This document shows positions 19,064-27,360 of a stretch of DNA of 52,175 nt, in pieces. The position numbers and the translations under genes were made by a program. How positions within the stretch are numbered: the stretch's first letter is position 1; the number at the start of each line of letters is the position of its first letter. The notes beneath the pieces are model-generated. The model was not told where the DNA came from and made no database searches. It worked only from the letters and a program-made list of their open reading frames with translations. This DNA is from a virus (lineage: Duplodnaviria > Caudoviricetes), in the IMG/VR virus record IMGVR_UViG_3300008255_000163, positions 1-52,175 of that record; one strand, given 5' to 3'.

Positions 19064-19428
19064 TCGCTCCCCGCCGCCAGCAGTGCCAGCTTCACCCGCT
19101 CGATGGCGCACACCAGATGCGCCACGTCACCATTGTCTCCCAGGCTGTATGCGCTGGATGTGCCAGTGTCTACGCCGTCGACCCGCACGTGAGCGGCGAC
19201 GGCAATCGCAATGATCTCACCACGCTTCGCACGAGCTAGCATGTCCTCGGCGAGCTGCACGATCGACCTGGCAGGGGGAGCCTTGGGGAGGGCGACGATG
19301 CGCGGATGGTCTGCCACGTTTTCGAGCTCGCGCCGGATGGCAAGCATGACCCTGTTTCGGTCCTCGTCCGATGCCACGATCTCAACCCTGACTGGCGGGA
19401 CATCAACCTTCAACGTCTCTCCCGTCAT
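19060..19428 (-). CDS. Hypothetical protein
   Basis: MTGETLKV…; ATGA overlaps at both ends. Confidence 0.6.
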   Translation of the reverse strand: MTGETLKVDVPPVRVEIVASDEDRNRVMLAIRRELENVADHPRIVALPKAPPARSIVQLAEDMLARAKRGEIIAIAVAAHVRVDGVDTGTSSAYSLGDNGDVAHLVCAIERVKLALLAAGSE

Positions 19429-19691
19429 CGGTTCACCTCGACGTTCACGGTCTCGCCAAACGTCACCGTGCAGTCGATCCGGTCGATGTTGGCTGGTATC
19501 GTTCTGGTGATCGACACGACCAGGTCTTCGACAACCTTTTTCTGTGTCGCTTCCGTGTTGGGCTTCCCGACGATGCCATCCGTCACGTTTTTGATTCCAA
19601 GGAGCTTCAGAAGTGCATATGAATGCGCCGACAGGCACTCCTCCGGCACGGTGCTGACGCCTTCGATAAAGGGCAATCTATGCCCGCTCAT
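19425..19691 (-). CDS. Hypothetical protein
   Basis: 88 aa, ATGA-coupled. Confidence 0.55.
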   Translation of the reverse strand: MSGHRLPFIEGVSTVPEECLSAHSYALLKLLGIKNVTDGIVGKPNTEATQKKVVEDLVVSITRTIPANIDRIDCTVTFGETVNVEVNR

Positions 19692-20125
19692 CGCTCACCC
19701 GCCGCCAGGTCCAGAATGTCGCGCTGGATCTGCTCGAACGTCACCGGCTTGGAGCGCCAGTCCTTCAACTCGTCCTCGGCGGGCCCGTGAATTTCCGGCC
19801 ACTCGCCGCGGTACTCGGTGGCGAACACGCGGTCACGTCGTGAGGCTGTCCCGTACTTCTCGTTCAGCTCGCGAATCGCGCGTTCGCTGGTCTCTTCGTC
19901 GCCGAATTGGACCTCGTTCAACAGGCGGTTGAAGTCCGAGAACATCTTCGCCTGGAACGCTCTCCACGCTTCAGCGAAGCGCTCTCGATCGATGTGCGTC
20001 TGTGTCTCGTTGGGATCGCGCCAACGGCCGAACTTGCCAACGGTCGCGGCCACTTCGTCGCAGACACTCGGGTAGTCGTCGACAATCATCAGCGGACTCT
20101 TCGACCCGGTGAACCTGTCCTCCAT
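19688..20125 (-). CDS. Hypothetical protein with terminase-like motif fragments
   Basis: AAGGAGGAGG RBS; MEDRFTGSKSPLMIVDD…FATEYRGEWP. Confidence 0.65.
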   Translation of the reverse strand: MEDRFTGSKSPLMIVDDYPSVCDEVAATVGKFGRWRDPNETQTHIDRERFAEAWRAFQAKMFSDFNRLLNEVQFGDEETSERAIRELNEKYGTASRRDRVFATEYRGEWPEIHGPAEDELKDWRSKPVTFEQIQRDILDLAAGER

Positions 20126-20136
20126 GTCCTCCTCCT

Positions 20137-20526
20137 TCACCCCAACGGAATCACCCCACCGCAAAGCCCGCCACTGCCGAAGATGTCTCCTGCCTTCGGA
20201 ACACCGAAGTATGCGGCAAGCTTGTCGACCAGGGCGCCTCCGACAGATCGAAAGTCTTTGACCTGTCCGCCCTGGTAGAACTCGATATCGTCGACGCGCT
20301 TCAGGCCGGCCTTGGCAACGATCCCCGAGGACGACGTGAACTGTCCCCATAGGGTATCAATCAAGGCCAAATCGGCTTCGACCAGAAGCTCTGCCTCGGC
20401 GTCAATCACGGCCATGGCCTGGTCCAAGTCGTTCCGGTTGTGCCGGTACGTATCGGACGGGCCATAGACTGCGGAGTAGCCGAGGTAGCTTCTAATCTTG
20501 GCCTTCTGCGCGTCGGTGAGAGCCAT
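20137..20526 (-). CDS. Head-tail adaptor/head completion protein
   Basis: MALTDAQKAKIRSYLGY…LKRVDDIEFY; position after capsid genes. Confidence 0.7.
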   Translation of the reverse strand: MALTDAQKAKIRSYLGYSAVYGPSDTYRHNRNDLDQAMAVIDAEAELLVEADLALIDTLWGQFTSSSGIVAKAGLKRVDDIEFYQGGQVKDFRSVGGALVDKLAAYFGVPKAGDIFGSGGLCGGVIPLG

Positions 20527-20529
20527 GAC

Positions 20530-20832
20530 CTACTTGCCGCTCTTCTTCTTCGGCGGGTCCGGCCTGGTGAGCTTGTCGAGCAGGTCTTCGTCGTCGGCCT
20601 CGATGGCCTTGGACTCTTCCTGCTCGGGCTCTGGTTCGGCTTTGGGCTCCAGCTTGATGGTCTTCGAAACGGCCTTGGGCTCGTTCTTGGCTGGTTCGAG
20701 CGGGAGCCCGTGCTTCTCGACAGCGTAGGCGATGCGATCGGGGACGTCGCACTCCCCACCAACCTCGACGTCGTAGTGCTTGCCACCGAGGTCGAAGCTC
20801 AGCGGCTTGTCGATCTTGTTGCGGAACTTCAC
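20530..20832 (-). CDS. Small head-associated hypothetical protein
   Basis: 100 aa; beta N-terminus with charged K/E/P tail. Confidence 0.65.
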   Translation of the reverse strand: MKFRNKIDKPLSFDLGGKHYDVEVGGECDVPDRIAYAVEKHGLPLEPAKNEPKAVSKTIKLEPKAEPEPEQEESKAIEADDEDLLDKLTRPDPPKKKSGK

Positions 20833-22025
20833 GGGTCGATCTCCTCGAGCGCCGCGCAGTTCAGGGCAGCGGCGACATGCACGTTGCGTTTCGCCTTGAT
20901 GTCGTTGAGTCGGGTGTAGAGCGTCGCCGAGTCCGACGCGGCAGCGGAGCTGGCGAGGTGCGCCGAAACCGTGGGATGGTTGTGGGCGTCCTGCGTGTGG
21001 TTGTGGGCGTCCTGCGTGTGGTTGTGACTCGTCTGGGTCGGAGTGACGTCGTACTGGAAGTAGAAGTCAAACACCTTCGCAGCGTCAGCGGCAGTTGTCG
21101 GGGCGATGGTTCTCGCCGTGCCGTCCACCGTCCCGACGGCTTCCTTCACTCCATCGACGTACGAGCCGAAGACAGCCACGTTGGCCGCTCCAGCCGGGAT
21201 GGGCAGAGCAATCGCTGCGCCCACGCCGATCGAAATGGTGGTACCGGCCCCACCGCCAACGAGACCGGCGACGGTGAACGACGTCACACTGGCAAAGGCG
21301 TCCGTAGTGTCCATAACCTTGGCGCCGCCAGTCAGGTCCTTCTCTTCGGACAGTGCGGTACCATCCCAGGCAACTCCGACCAGCGTGCCGGTCCCGGCGG
21401 TGATGGGAGCTCCACCCTCAACGATCGAGATCTGGAGCTTGCGGGGGACGTCGGGCTGAGCTGCGATGACCGCGGCACCGTCGGCCGAGTCGTACGCGGC
21501 GACGACCGTGACCAGTTCCGCGGCGATCGGCAGGCGAGAGACGTGACTCCCAGCCACCTTCATGGCGGCGTTGGTCGCGGTGGCAGCCTGGTTGGTCGCA
21601 GTGGCAGCCTGGTTGGTTGCCGTTGCGGGAGCCTCGGACGCGCCGTGATACGCCAGAGCCGCAACGTGAGCGTTGTGCTGGGTGTAGAGGTCGTTCGTCC
21701 GCGTGATGGCCGATGCTTCATCGGTGGCGACGGGGGCGGTGACCAGGTTGGTCACGTCTTCGGACAGGTGATGCCCTTCACCGGTGTCTGCGTCGATGAC
21801 GCTCGCCAGGTCGGCATGGTGGGCGGTCACGAGCGCGTTGACGAGAGCGACAGCGGTCGCCTCGCTCGTCGCGTTGGCGGTGGTCACCAGGGAACGCGCG
21901 TCCGCGTGGAACACCGCTCCGGAGTTGAGGCGCAAGAAGTCCGCTCGTACCTTGTTGTACTGGACGAACAAGGCATCGATCTTGTCCGGGTGCAAACGCC
22001 GGACCTGAGTGGCAGAAGTCGGCAT
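20829..22025 (-). CDS. Capsid decoration/fibre-like protein with heptad repeats
   Basis: Directly after MCP; GAAGGAG RBS; (TATNQAA)n and (HNHTQDA)n repeats. Confidence 0.7.
   Translation of the reverse strand: MPTSATQVRRLHPDKIDALFVQYNKVRADFLRLNSGAVFHADARSLVTTANATSEATAVALVNALVTAHHADLASVIDADTGEGHHLSEDVTNLVTAPVATDEASAITRTNDLYTQHNAHVAALAYHGASEAPATATNQAATATNQAATATNAAMKVAGSHVSRLPIAAELVTVVAAYDSADGAAVIAAQPDVPRKLQISIVEGGAPITAGTGTLVGVAWDGTALSEEKDLTGGAKVMDTTDAFASVTSFTVAGLVGGGAGTTISIGVGAAIALPIPAGAANVAVFGSYVDGVKEAVGTVDGTARTIAPTTAADAAKVFDFYFQYDVTPTQTSHNHTQDAHNHTQDAHNHPTVSAHLASSAAASDSATLYTRLNDIKAKRNVHVAAALNCAALEEIDP
20977..21026. repeat. 21-bp tandem coding repeat (HNHTQDA)
   Basis: TGGTTGTGGGCGTCCTGCGTG x2 plus partial copy. 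Confidence 0.9.
21570..21626. repeat. 21-bp tandem coding repeat (TATNQAA)
   Basis: GTTGGTCGCRGTGGCAGCCTG x2 plus degenerate copy. Confidence 0.9.
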
Positions 22026-22100
22026 GAGAGTCTCCTTCGACGAAGCCCGGGGCCACGCCCCAGGCCGTCGATCAGTAGGTCAGTGTTCCGGCTTCCTGGA

Positions 22101-23120
22101 TCAGGTCGCCACGTTCTTGCGGTAGCCGCAGCTGTTGGGCTTGTCGCAGACCATCTGCAGGTAGGTCTTGAGCATGGCTTTGTCCGAGTCGCCCGCCTTG
22201 GCGAGCATCTCGTAGACGAAGCCGAGGGGCAGCGCGCCATAGCCGTCGTCGGCCTGGACGAGCTGGGCCAGCATCTCGCGCACCACCGGGCTGGCGGGCG
22301 GGAGGTACTCGAGCCACAGATGGTTGGTGTTGATGTACGCGATCGTGTTGGCGACGGCGTCCTTGTCCTTGAGGAACACGGTGCTGTCGAGCATGATCCC
22401 CTCGAACCCCATGTCGAGCGTGATCATGCCGCGAGCGGTGGCGACCTGGCTGACGTAGTGACGATTCGGGTCGAACAGGCTGCCGATCTTGTTGAACACC
22501 GCACCGGAGCACACCGCGATGTCGGGCGTTTCGCCGGACGCATCGAAGATGGTCTGGATGTCGCTGCGCAGAAGCGAGAAGGTCGGAGCCGTCAGAGCCC
22601 CGGGGTCCACGACGGTCGGGAGCCAGTAGGAGTTGGCTCCCACCGTTCGGTCGATCCCTGCGTAGGTGTTCGTGGTGTCGCCGATGGCGACGCCGAGCCC
22701 GGCAATTGTGGTGCCGGTGCCAGCCCCACTGTGCAATGCGCCGTTGATGGTGCTCGCCAGCTTCGAAGAGGAGTTGACGAGGTTGTTCGCCCAAAGGCGA
22801 CGGTTGCCTTGTGGGGTGGCGCTCGTCCCGGCTGCGGCTTGCGCAAGGCCGGTGACGCGGAAGTTGGACCGGTACAGGCCCCAAGGCAGGCTCGCGCCCG
22901 CCTGAGCGTCGGACCCGAAGTTCGCAGCGTCTGCCCCGTCGGCAAAGTTCTCGGCGACGGCGCCATCGGCCTCGATGGTCCATGCGCACGTCTTGCCTTC
23001 ACCCTGCTTGATTTGCAGGGCCCGCAGAAGAGCGGAGCGCCGGTTGACCTGATGGACGAGCCGCGCGCGGTACTGCGTCGCCAGAACGATGAGTGCGAGG
23101 GTCTGCGGAGTGTCTCCCAT
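22101..23120 (-). CDS. Major capsid protein
   Basis: 339 aa after scaffold; 'YAGIDRT', 'PDIAVCSGAVF', 'LAKAGDSDKAML' typical HK97-fold MCP motifs. Confidence 0.88.
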   Translation of the reverse strand: MGDTPQTLALIVLATQYRARLVHQVNRRSALLRALQIKQGEGKTCAWTIEADGAVAENFADGADAANFGSDAQAGASLPWGLYRSNFRVTGLAQAAAGTSATPQGNRRLWANNLVNSSSKLASTINGALHSGAGTGTTIAGLGVAIGDTTNTYAGIDRTVGANSYWLPTVVDPGALTAPTFSLLRSDIQTIFDASGETPDIAVCSGAVFNKIGSLFDPNRHYVSQVATARGMITLDMGFEGIMLDSTVFLKDKDAVANTIAYINTNHLWLEYLPPASPVVREMLAQLVQADDGYGALPLGFVYEMLAKAGDSDKAMLKTYLQMVCDKPNSCGYRKNVAT

Positions 23121-23157
23121 GACAACTATTCCCTGACGGGGCCCCTACGATTGATTG

Positions 23158-24036
23158 CTATTGGTTGGACAGCGCTTCGCCCAGACCCAATTTGTCGAGC
23201 AGTTCTGCTGCCCGACGGTCGGCCTCGTCGTCGCTCAACGCGGCGGACTTGAACCGAGGATCGATCTGTTGACGCTGCTGTTCCTGGCGCTGTCCATTGC
23301 CCTGCCCGGCGGCCCCGCCTGGTGCTGGGAGAAACGGCTCAGCAGCCTTGCTCTTGGCAAACTGTTTGACGCCCTCGGAGATCGAGAACGTTTGCTCCTC
23401 CTCAGGCAAGCCCTTTCCAGGCGAGACCTTGAGGCGGAGTTGCGGGTTGCCTTCGCTATCGAAGTCCACTCGCTTGTCGGCGTGAAACCATGTCTTGGCG
23501 AGAAGGTCGACGAGCTCGGGGCGCACTTTGGCATCCACAAGCGATTGCCGAAGCTCAGCGTAGGTCCGCTCATCGCGAGCCTTGAGCTCGGTCTCGACTC
23601 TCGCCTTGCGCTCGGCTTCGAACTTAGCGTTGAGCTCGTCGTACTGCTTCTGCAGCTTGAGAGTCTCTTCGCTCTGCTCCTTGGGCTTGTCGTCGGGCTT
23701 CGGCTTGCCCTTGTCGGACTCGGGGGTCTTCGGCTTCAGCTCGTCGAAGCGCTTGCCGAATTCGTCGAACTTCGCCCCAAACTGCTCTCCAAGCGACTTG
23801 GTCACGGTCTCCGCCACCCCTTCGAGCGCCTTGGGGATCGCTCGCTTGAGGTGTGCGGTCACGACGGAGTTGATGGTATTCGTCAGCTCCTGCGGGTCGA
23901 TTCCTGCCGGCGGCGGGTTCTGCTGTCCGCCCGGATTCGGGTTCGGGTTGGTGTCGTCCTAAGCGACCTCCCGTCGGGAGACCGACTTGACAACGAGGTT
24001 GACGTTCCCGATTTGCGACTGGGTGTCGTACGGCAT
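23158..24036 (-). CDS. Capsid scaffolding protein; frame from ATG 24036 interrupted by in-frame TAG at 23959-23961 (fallback GTG start 23862)
   Basis: Coiled-coil K/E-rich body and 'PFLPAPGGAAGQG' scaffold-type tail upstream of MCP; GGAGGG RBS before ATG 24036; N/P/G/Q-rich sequence continues in frame after the TAG. Confidence 0.75.
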
Positions 24037-24273
24037 AGATCCCTCCGTTCACGTCCCGGCCGTCGGGGCGTGTCGTGGTGCGCCGCAACTGCGGCGTTTG
24101 GTGACGGTGACTCGCTACCGTCGAAGCGCGTCCCGGTTCGTCCGGAACAAGCATTCAAGCGCACGGCGTGTGCGCTCAAGCTGGCGATTCACTTCCGCCA
24201 AGGTGGCACGGTCGACCTTCGACGCATTGAGCGTCAGCCTGTCGAGCGGCCTGAAGATCCGTGTTCTCATGAG

Positions 24274-24582
24274 CTAGGCCAGCAACGCATCGGCCACACC
24301 GATCGTCACGGCGGCGTCGTCTTCAATCTCCGGGTCGACGAAGATCGTTTGAAAGCGCGTCTTCGACGGCTCCGACATTGAACCATCCTCGGGGACGTTC
24401 ATCGTCTCCTCCACGTAGTTCCCGTCCACGTCGATACCGTGGAGCGTGAACGTCTTCACGCGGCCACTGGTCGATACGCTGCACCGCTCGGCAACCGGGT
24501 TGCCAAACTGGTCCCGGCCGGTCACCTCGTACCTGCCATCTGAGACGTTGGCGAAGACTTCGCGGAGATCCTTCGTCAGCAT
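24274..24582 (-). CDS. Hypothetical virion-like protein with two 'xxGxDxxGNxVxE' motifs
   Basis: GAAAGAGGAA RBS, MLTKDL…VTGRDQFGNPVAE…LHGIDVDGNYVEE. Confidence 0.7.
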   Translation of the reverse strand: MLTKDLREVFANVSDGRYEVTGRDQFGNPVAERCSVSTSGRVKTFTLHGIDVDGNYVEETMNVPEDGSMSEPSKTRFQTIFVDPEIEDDAAVTIGVADALLA

Positions 24583-24585
24583 GGT

Positions 24586-24656
24586 TTCCTCTTTCAGCCT
24601 GCACAAACGCCAGCGCGCACCCGACCCGGAAAGAGGAACAGGTCAGACAGCGCGCT
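24586..24656 (-). promoter_or_regulatory. Hairpin whose loop is complementary to the downstream RBS
   Basis: Stem AGCGCGC..UCUGACCUG/CGGGUCGGG.GCGCGCU; loop UUCCUCUUUC pairs with GAAAGAGGAA at 24586-24595. Confidence 0.55.
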
Positions 24657-24668
24657 CGCGCATCGTGC

Positions 24669-25892
24669 CTACGGCGAAGTTGGAATCAACTCGCCGAACT
24701 CGAACCTTGCTGCCGGAGCGCCAATCGCCCGGCCGAGGTACTCTTCGTGAATGGCGCGTGGCGTTCGGCTGTCCGTCCGCCTGCCTTCGCGCATCGGATT
24801 GGTCTTGCGCAGTCGGGGCACCACCGGAGCGTGCCTGTCGACTCCATCCTTGACGGTCTCGAGGTGGCGCCGAATCTCCGGGGTCAGGAGCCTGGCTCGT
24901 ACATCCGGGTCAGACTTCGCTTTGCCCATGAGCCGGAACCACGCCTGCTTCGTCTCGGGGGGCCACTTGTCCCAGTCCTCGAACGCCTTGCGTGTCGAGG
25001 GCCCACCGATTGCTGCGCGCCCCAGTCCGGGGCCAGCAACCTCTCGCGTCACGGCGTGGGCCAGGTTCAGATCGGTGGAAGAGAGGGCGACCATCGACTG
25101 GCACCTGCAATGCGGGTGGACTTCGCCGGGGATGTCTCCGCCTCGAAACGGCTTCGACGCCTCGACCACTTCGTTGTCGTGGTTGGCGCAGACCCGGCAA
25201 ATCTTTCGATCGAGCACGCCTTCCCACCGCTTGTGGAGCAGTCGCTGCAGCGGAGCGGCCTTGACCTGCTCTGCCGCTGCGTCCATCTGTCGCCCATGTT
25301 CCTCGGCGTAGGCAACCGCGGTCTCGGTTGCAGCGGTCCTGTCAAGGCTCGGAGCGATGCGCTTGGCGCCGTCCCGGGCCGTCTGGGGGAGAGAGGTCTT
25401 GCCGCCGGCGGACTCCCATTGTCGGACCGCTGTGGTGGTGGACAGCAGCCACCGACTGGCGAGAGACCGACTCGCTGATGCTGCCCGCGCCGCGTCGATT
25501 GCCCCCTCTGCCACTGGGAGGGCGCGCAGGGGCACCGTTGGAATCTCGTAGGCCCGAAGGAGCCAATCGACCTCAGCGAACTGCGCCCCAGCGTGAGCAG
25601 CGGCTGTGGAGCGGCCTCGAGCGATTGCGGAAGCCAGCGCCAACTCAGCCCCACGCTCAATCTCTCCGTGAGCCCTGCGGGTGGCCGCATGGGCTGCGAC
25701 CGCTGCGGCTGAGACATCTGCCGTGCTGATCGACGACAGCGAGTCAATCAGAGCTGCAGTCGCTACCGCAACGACAGCATCGAGGTCCCTGCGAGCGGCC
25801 TTCTCTGCCGAGAGCATGGCGCCAGTAGAGCGCTTTGCAAGCTCGCTCCCGTCGCGGAGGGTTGGGACGACGTCACTGCTCTTCGTCGCCAT
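24669..25892 (-). CDS. Minor head protein (SPP1 gp7/MuF-like)
   Basis: 'RTAATET', 'KRWEGVLDRKICRVC', 'HPHCRC'. Confidence 0.85.
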   Translation of the reverse strand: MATKSSDVVPTLRDGSELAKRSTGAMLSAEKAARRDLDAVVAVATAALIDSLSSISTADVSAAAVAAHAATRRAHGEIERGAELALASAIARGRSTAAAHAGAQFAEVDWLLRAYEIPTVPLRALPVAEGAIDAARAASASRSLASRWLLSTTTAVRQWESAGGKTSLPQTARDGAKRIAPSLDRTAATETAVAYAEEHGRQMDAAAEQVKAAPLQRLLHKRWEGVLDRKICRVCANHDNEVVEASKPFRGGDIPGEVHPHCRCQSMVALSSTDLNLAHAVTREVAGPGLGRAAIGGPSTRKAFEDWDKWPPETKQAWFRLMGKAKSDPDVRARLLTPEIRRHLETVKDGVDRHAPVVPRLRKTNPMREGRRTDSRTPRAIHEEYLGRAIGAPAARFEFGELIPTSP

Positions 25893-27360
25893 CCTCGTCC
25901 GCTTCGTCTTCCTGCTCGGTTTCGGTCATACCCGGCTTGGGTTGCGGGAGAACGGACTCGGGAACGAAGTTCTTTTCGATCTCGTCGCGGATGACGTCCT
26001 TGACCGCCTGGTCCGCATCGGGGAGCATGCTCAGCGCCGCCCTCGCTCGAATTTCCTTGGCGAACGTGGGAGATGGGATATCCAAGAGCACCACCTGGCC
26101 AATCGCGGTGAGAAGCGCGTCCACATCCTCGACCTGGTACCCACCGAGCCCCTCGATGGACCAGTGATACTCCTCGCCTCTCCCGGCGCTGAGCATCGAG
26201 TAAACCCGGCCGACAGCCTCCCGCACGCACGACCCGAGCGCCTCGAGCATCACCCGAGTGCTCGCCGCGTCCGCTTGCTTCGACTCACCGCTGCGTCCGA
26301 CCGCAGCAGCGCTGTTGTCCACACCTTGCGCCATCTGGTGCACAGTGCGGAAGATCTCGTCCTTCTGCGAAGCAACCTCTTGCCGAATCGAATCGAACGG
26401 CGACGAGTCGGGAGCCGACCACGTGAAGTCTTCGTCGGCCCCGATCATCATGTAGTAGCCCGCGCCCATCTTCGGCGGGCTGCTCTTGTCCTTGATCTTG
26501 AACACTGGCATCGCGTAACACGTGCGGCGAATCAGCCACGTGTGGGCGTTGCTCAGGATGCAGTGCTCCTTTTGCGCGCTCGCCACCCTGTCAGCGATCC
26601 ACATGCCGCCGGGCGGCGATAGCCTCACAATCGGCACCGTCTGCAGTCCGTGCGGGCGGGAGTCGACGAGTTGGACAGACTGCTCTTCGTCGAGAAATGC
26701 GCCCTTCTCCTGGTACAGCTCGTAGGTCTCTAGGTTCTGCCTGTCGTATACGCGCCATCGGTGAAGCTTGCCGTCCCGCGTATCGAGCGGCGTGCGCCTC
26801 GGGCTCGTGCACTCGTAGACGATCGCCCACAGGAGCTCGCCGTTTTCGTCCGCTTCCCAGTCGAGCATGGCGGAGCGGTCGATCGACCTGAGTTTCGCTC
26901 CGTCGAGGCCGCGGTCCCGCCAATCGGCCACGGATGCTGGGCGAAGTCCCCCGTCGGAGGGGAAGTCGACAAGCACGTAGCTCGCGCCGTCCACCAGCGC
27001 CCGCGTGAGCCTGGTCTTGAGCAGGTCCACCAAGTCTGTCCCCTGCCCGTCGCAGTCTTCCTTGAGGCGCGAGTAGTACTCGTCGACGTCGACGGTCTTC
27101 TCGTCGACCTGCGCTCGAACAACGAGCTGCGATGTGAACAGAAACGACACGAAAAAATCGACGATTGGGCCGAGATAGGACCGGTAGTGCGCAGCCTTGA
27201 GCCGCTGGTAGTACTGGTCGTCGGCTTCCTGCGGATTGGGGTGTAGGAACCGTTTCGCGCGCTTCTGCCAAGTCTCACCACCGCTGTACAGCGCCCAGTA
27301 GTCCGCCCACGTGTCGGCGTCGTAGTCCGGGTTGGTGGCGCGCAGGAGCTTGAGGTGCAT
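25873..27360 (-). CDS. Portal protein
   Basis: After TerL; 'YYQRLKAAHY', 'DCDGQGTDL', 'GASYVLVDFP', 'RSGESKQAD'. Confidence 0.9.
   Translation of the reverse strand: MHLKLLRATNPDYDADTWADYWALYSGGETWQKRAKRFLHPNPQEADDQYYQRLKAAHYRSYLGPIVDFFVSFLFTSQLVVRAQVDEKTVDVDEYYSRLKEDCDGQGTDLVDLLKTRLTRALVDGASYVLVDFPSDGGLRPASVADWRDRGLDGAKLRSIDRSAMLDWEADENGELLWAIVYECTSPRRTPLDTRDGKLHRWRVYDRQNLETYELYQEKGAFLDEEQSVQLVDSRPHGLQTVPIVRLSPPGGMWIADRVASAQKEHCILSNAHTWLIRRTCYAMPVFKIKDKSSPPKMGAGYYMMIGADEDFTWSAPDSSPFDSIRQEVASQKDEIFRTVHQMAQGVDNSAAAVGRSGESKQADAASTRVMLEALGSCVREAVGRVYSMLSAGRGEEYHWSIEGLGGYQVEDVDALLTAIGQVVLLDIPSPTFAKEIRARAALSMLPDADQAVKDVIRDEIEKNFVPESVLPQPKPGMTETEQEDEADEDGDEEQ

Noticed and set aside
23959-24031. 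GT…AG spliceosomal-type intron in the scaffold 5' end
   Set aside because: Removing GTACGA…TTAG shifts the frame, bacteria lack the machinery, and the segment is too short for a group I/II intron.
20877-24381. 791-aa and 408-aa plus-strand ORFs
   Set aside because: Antisense to capsid, decoration and scaffold genes; codon-bias artefacts.
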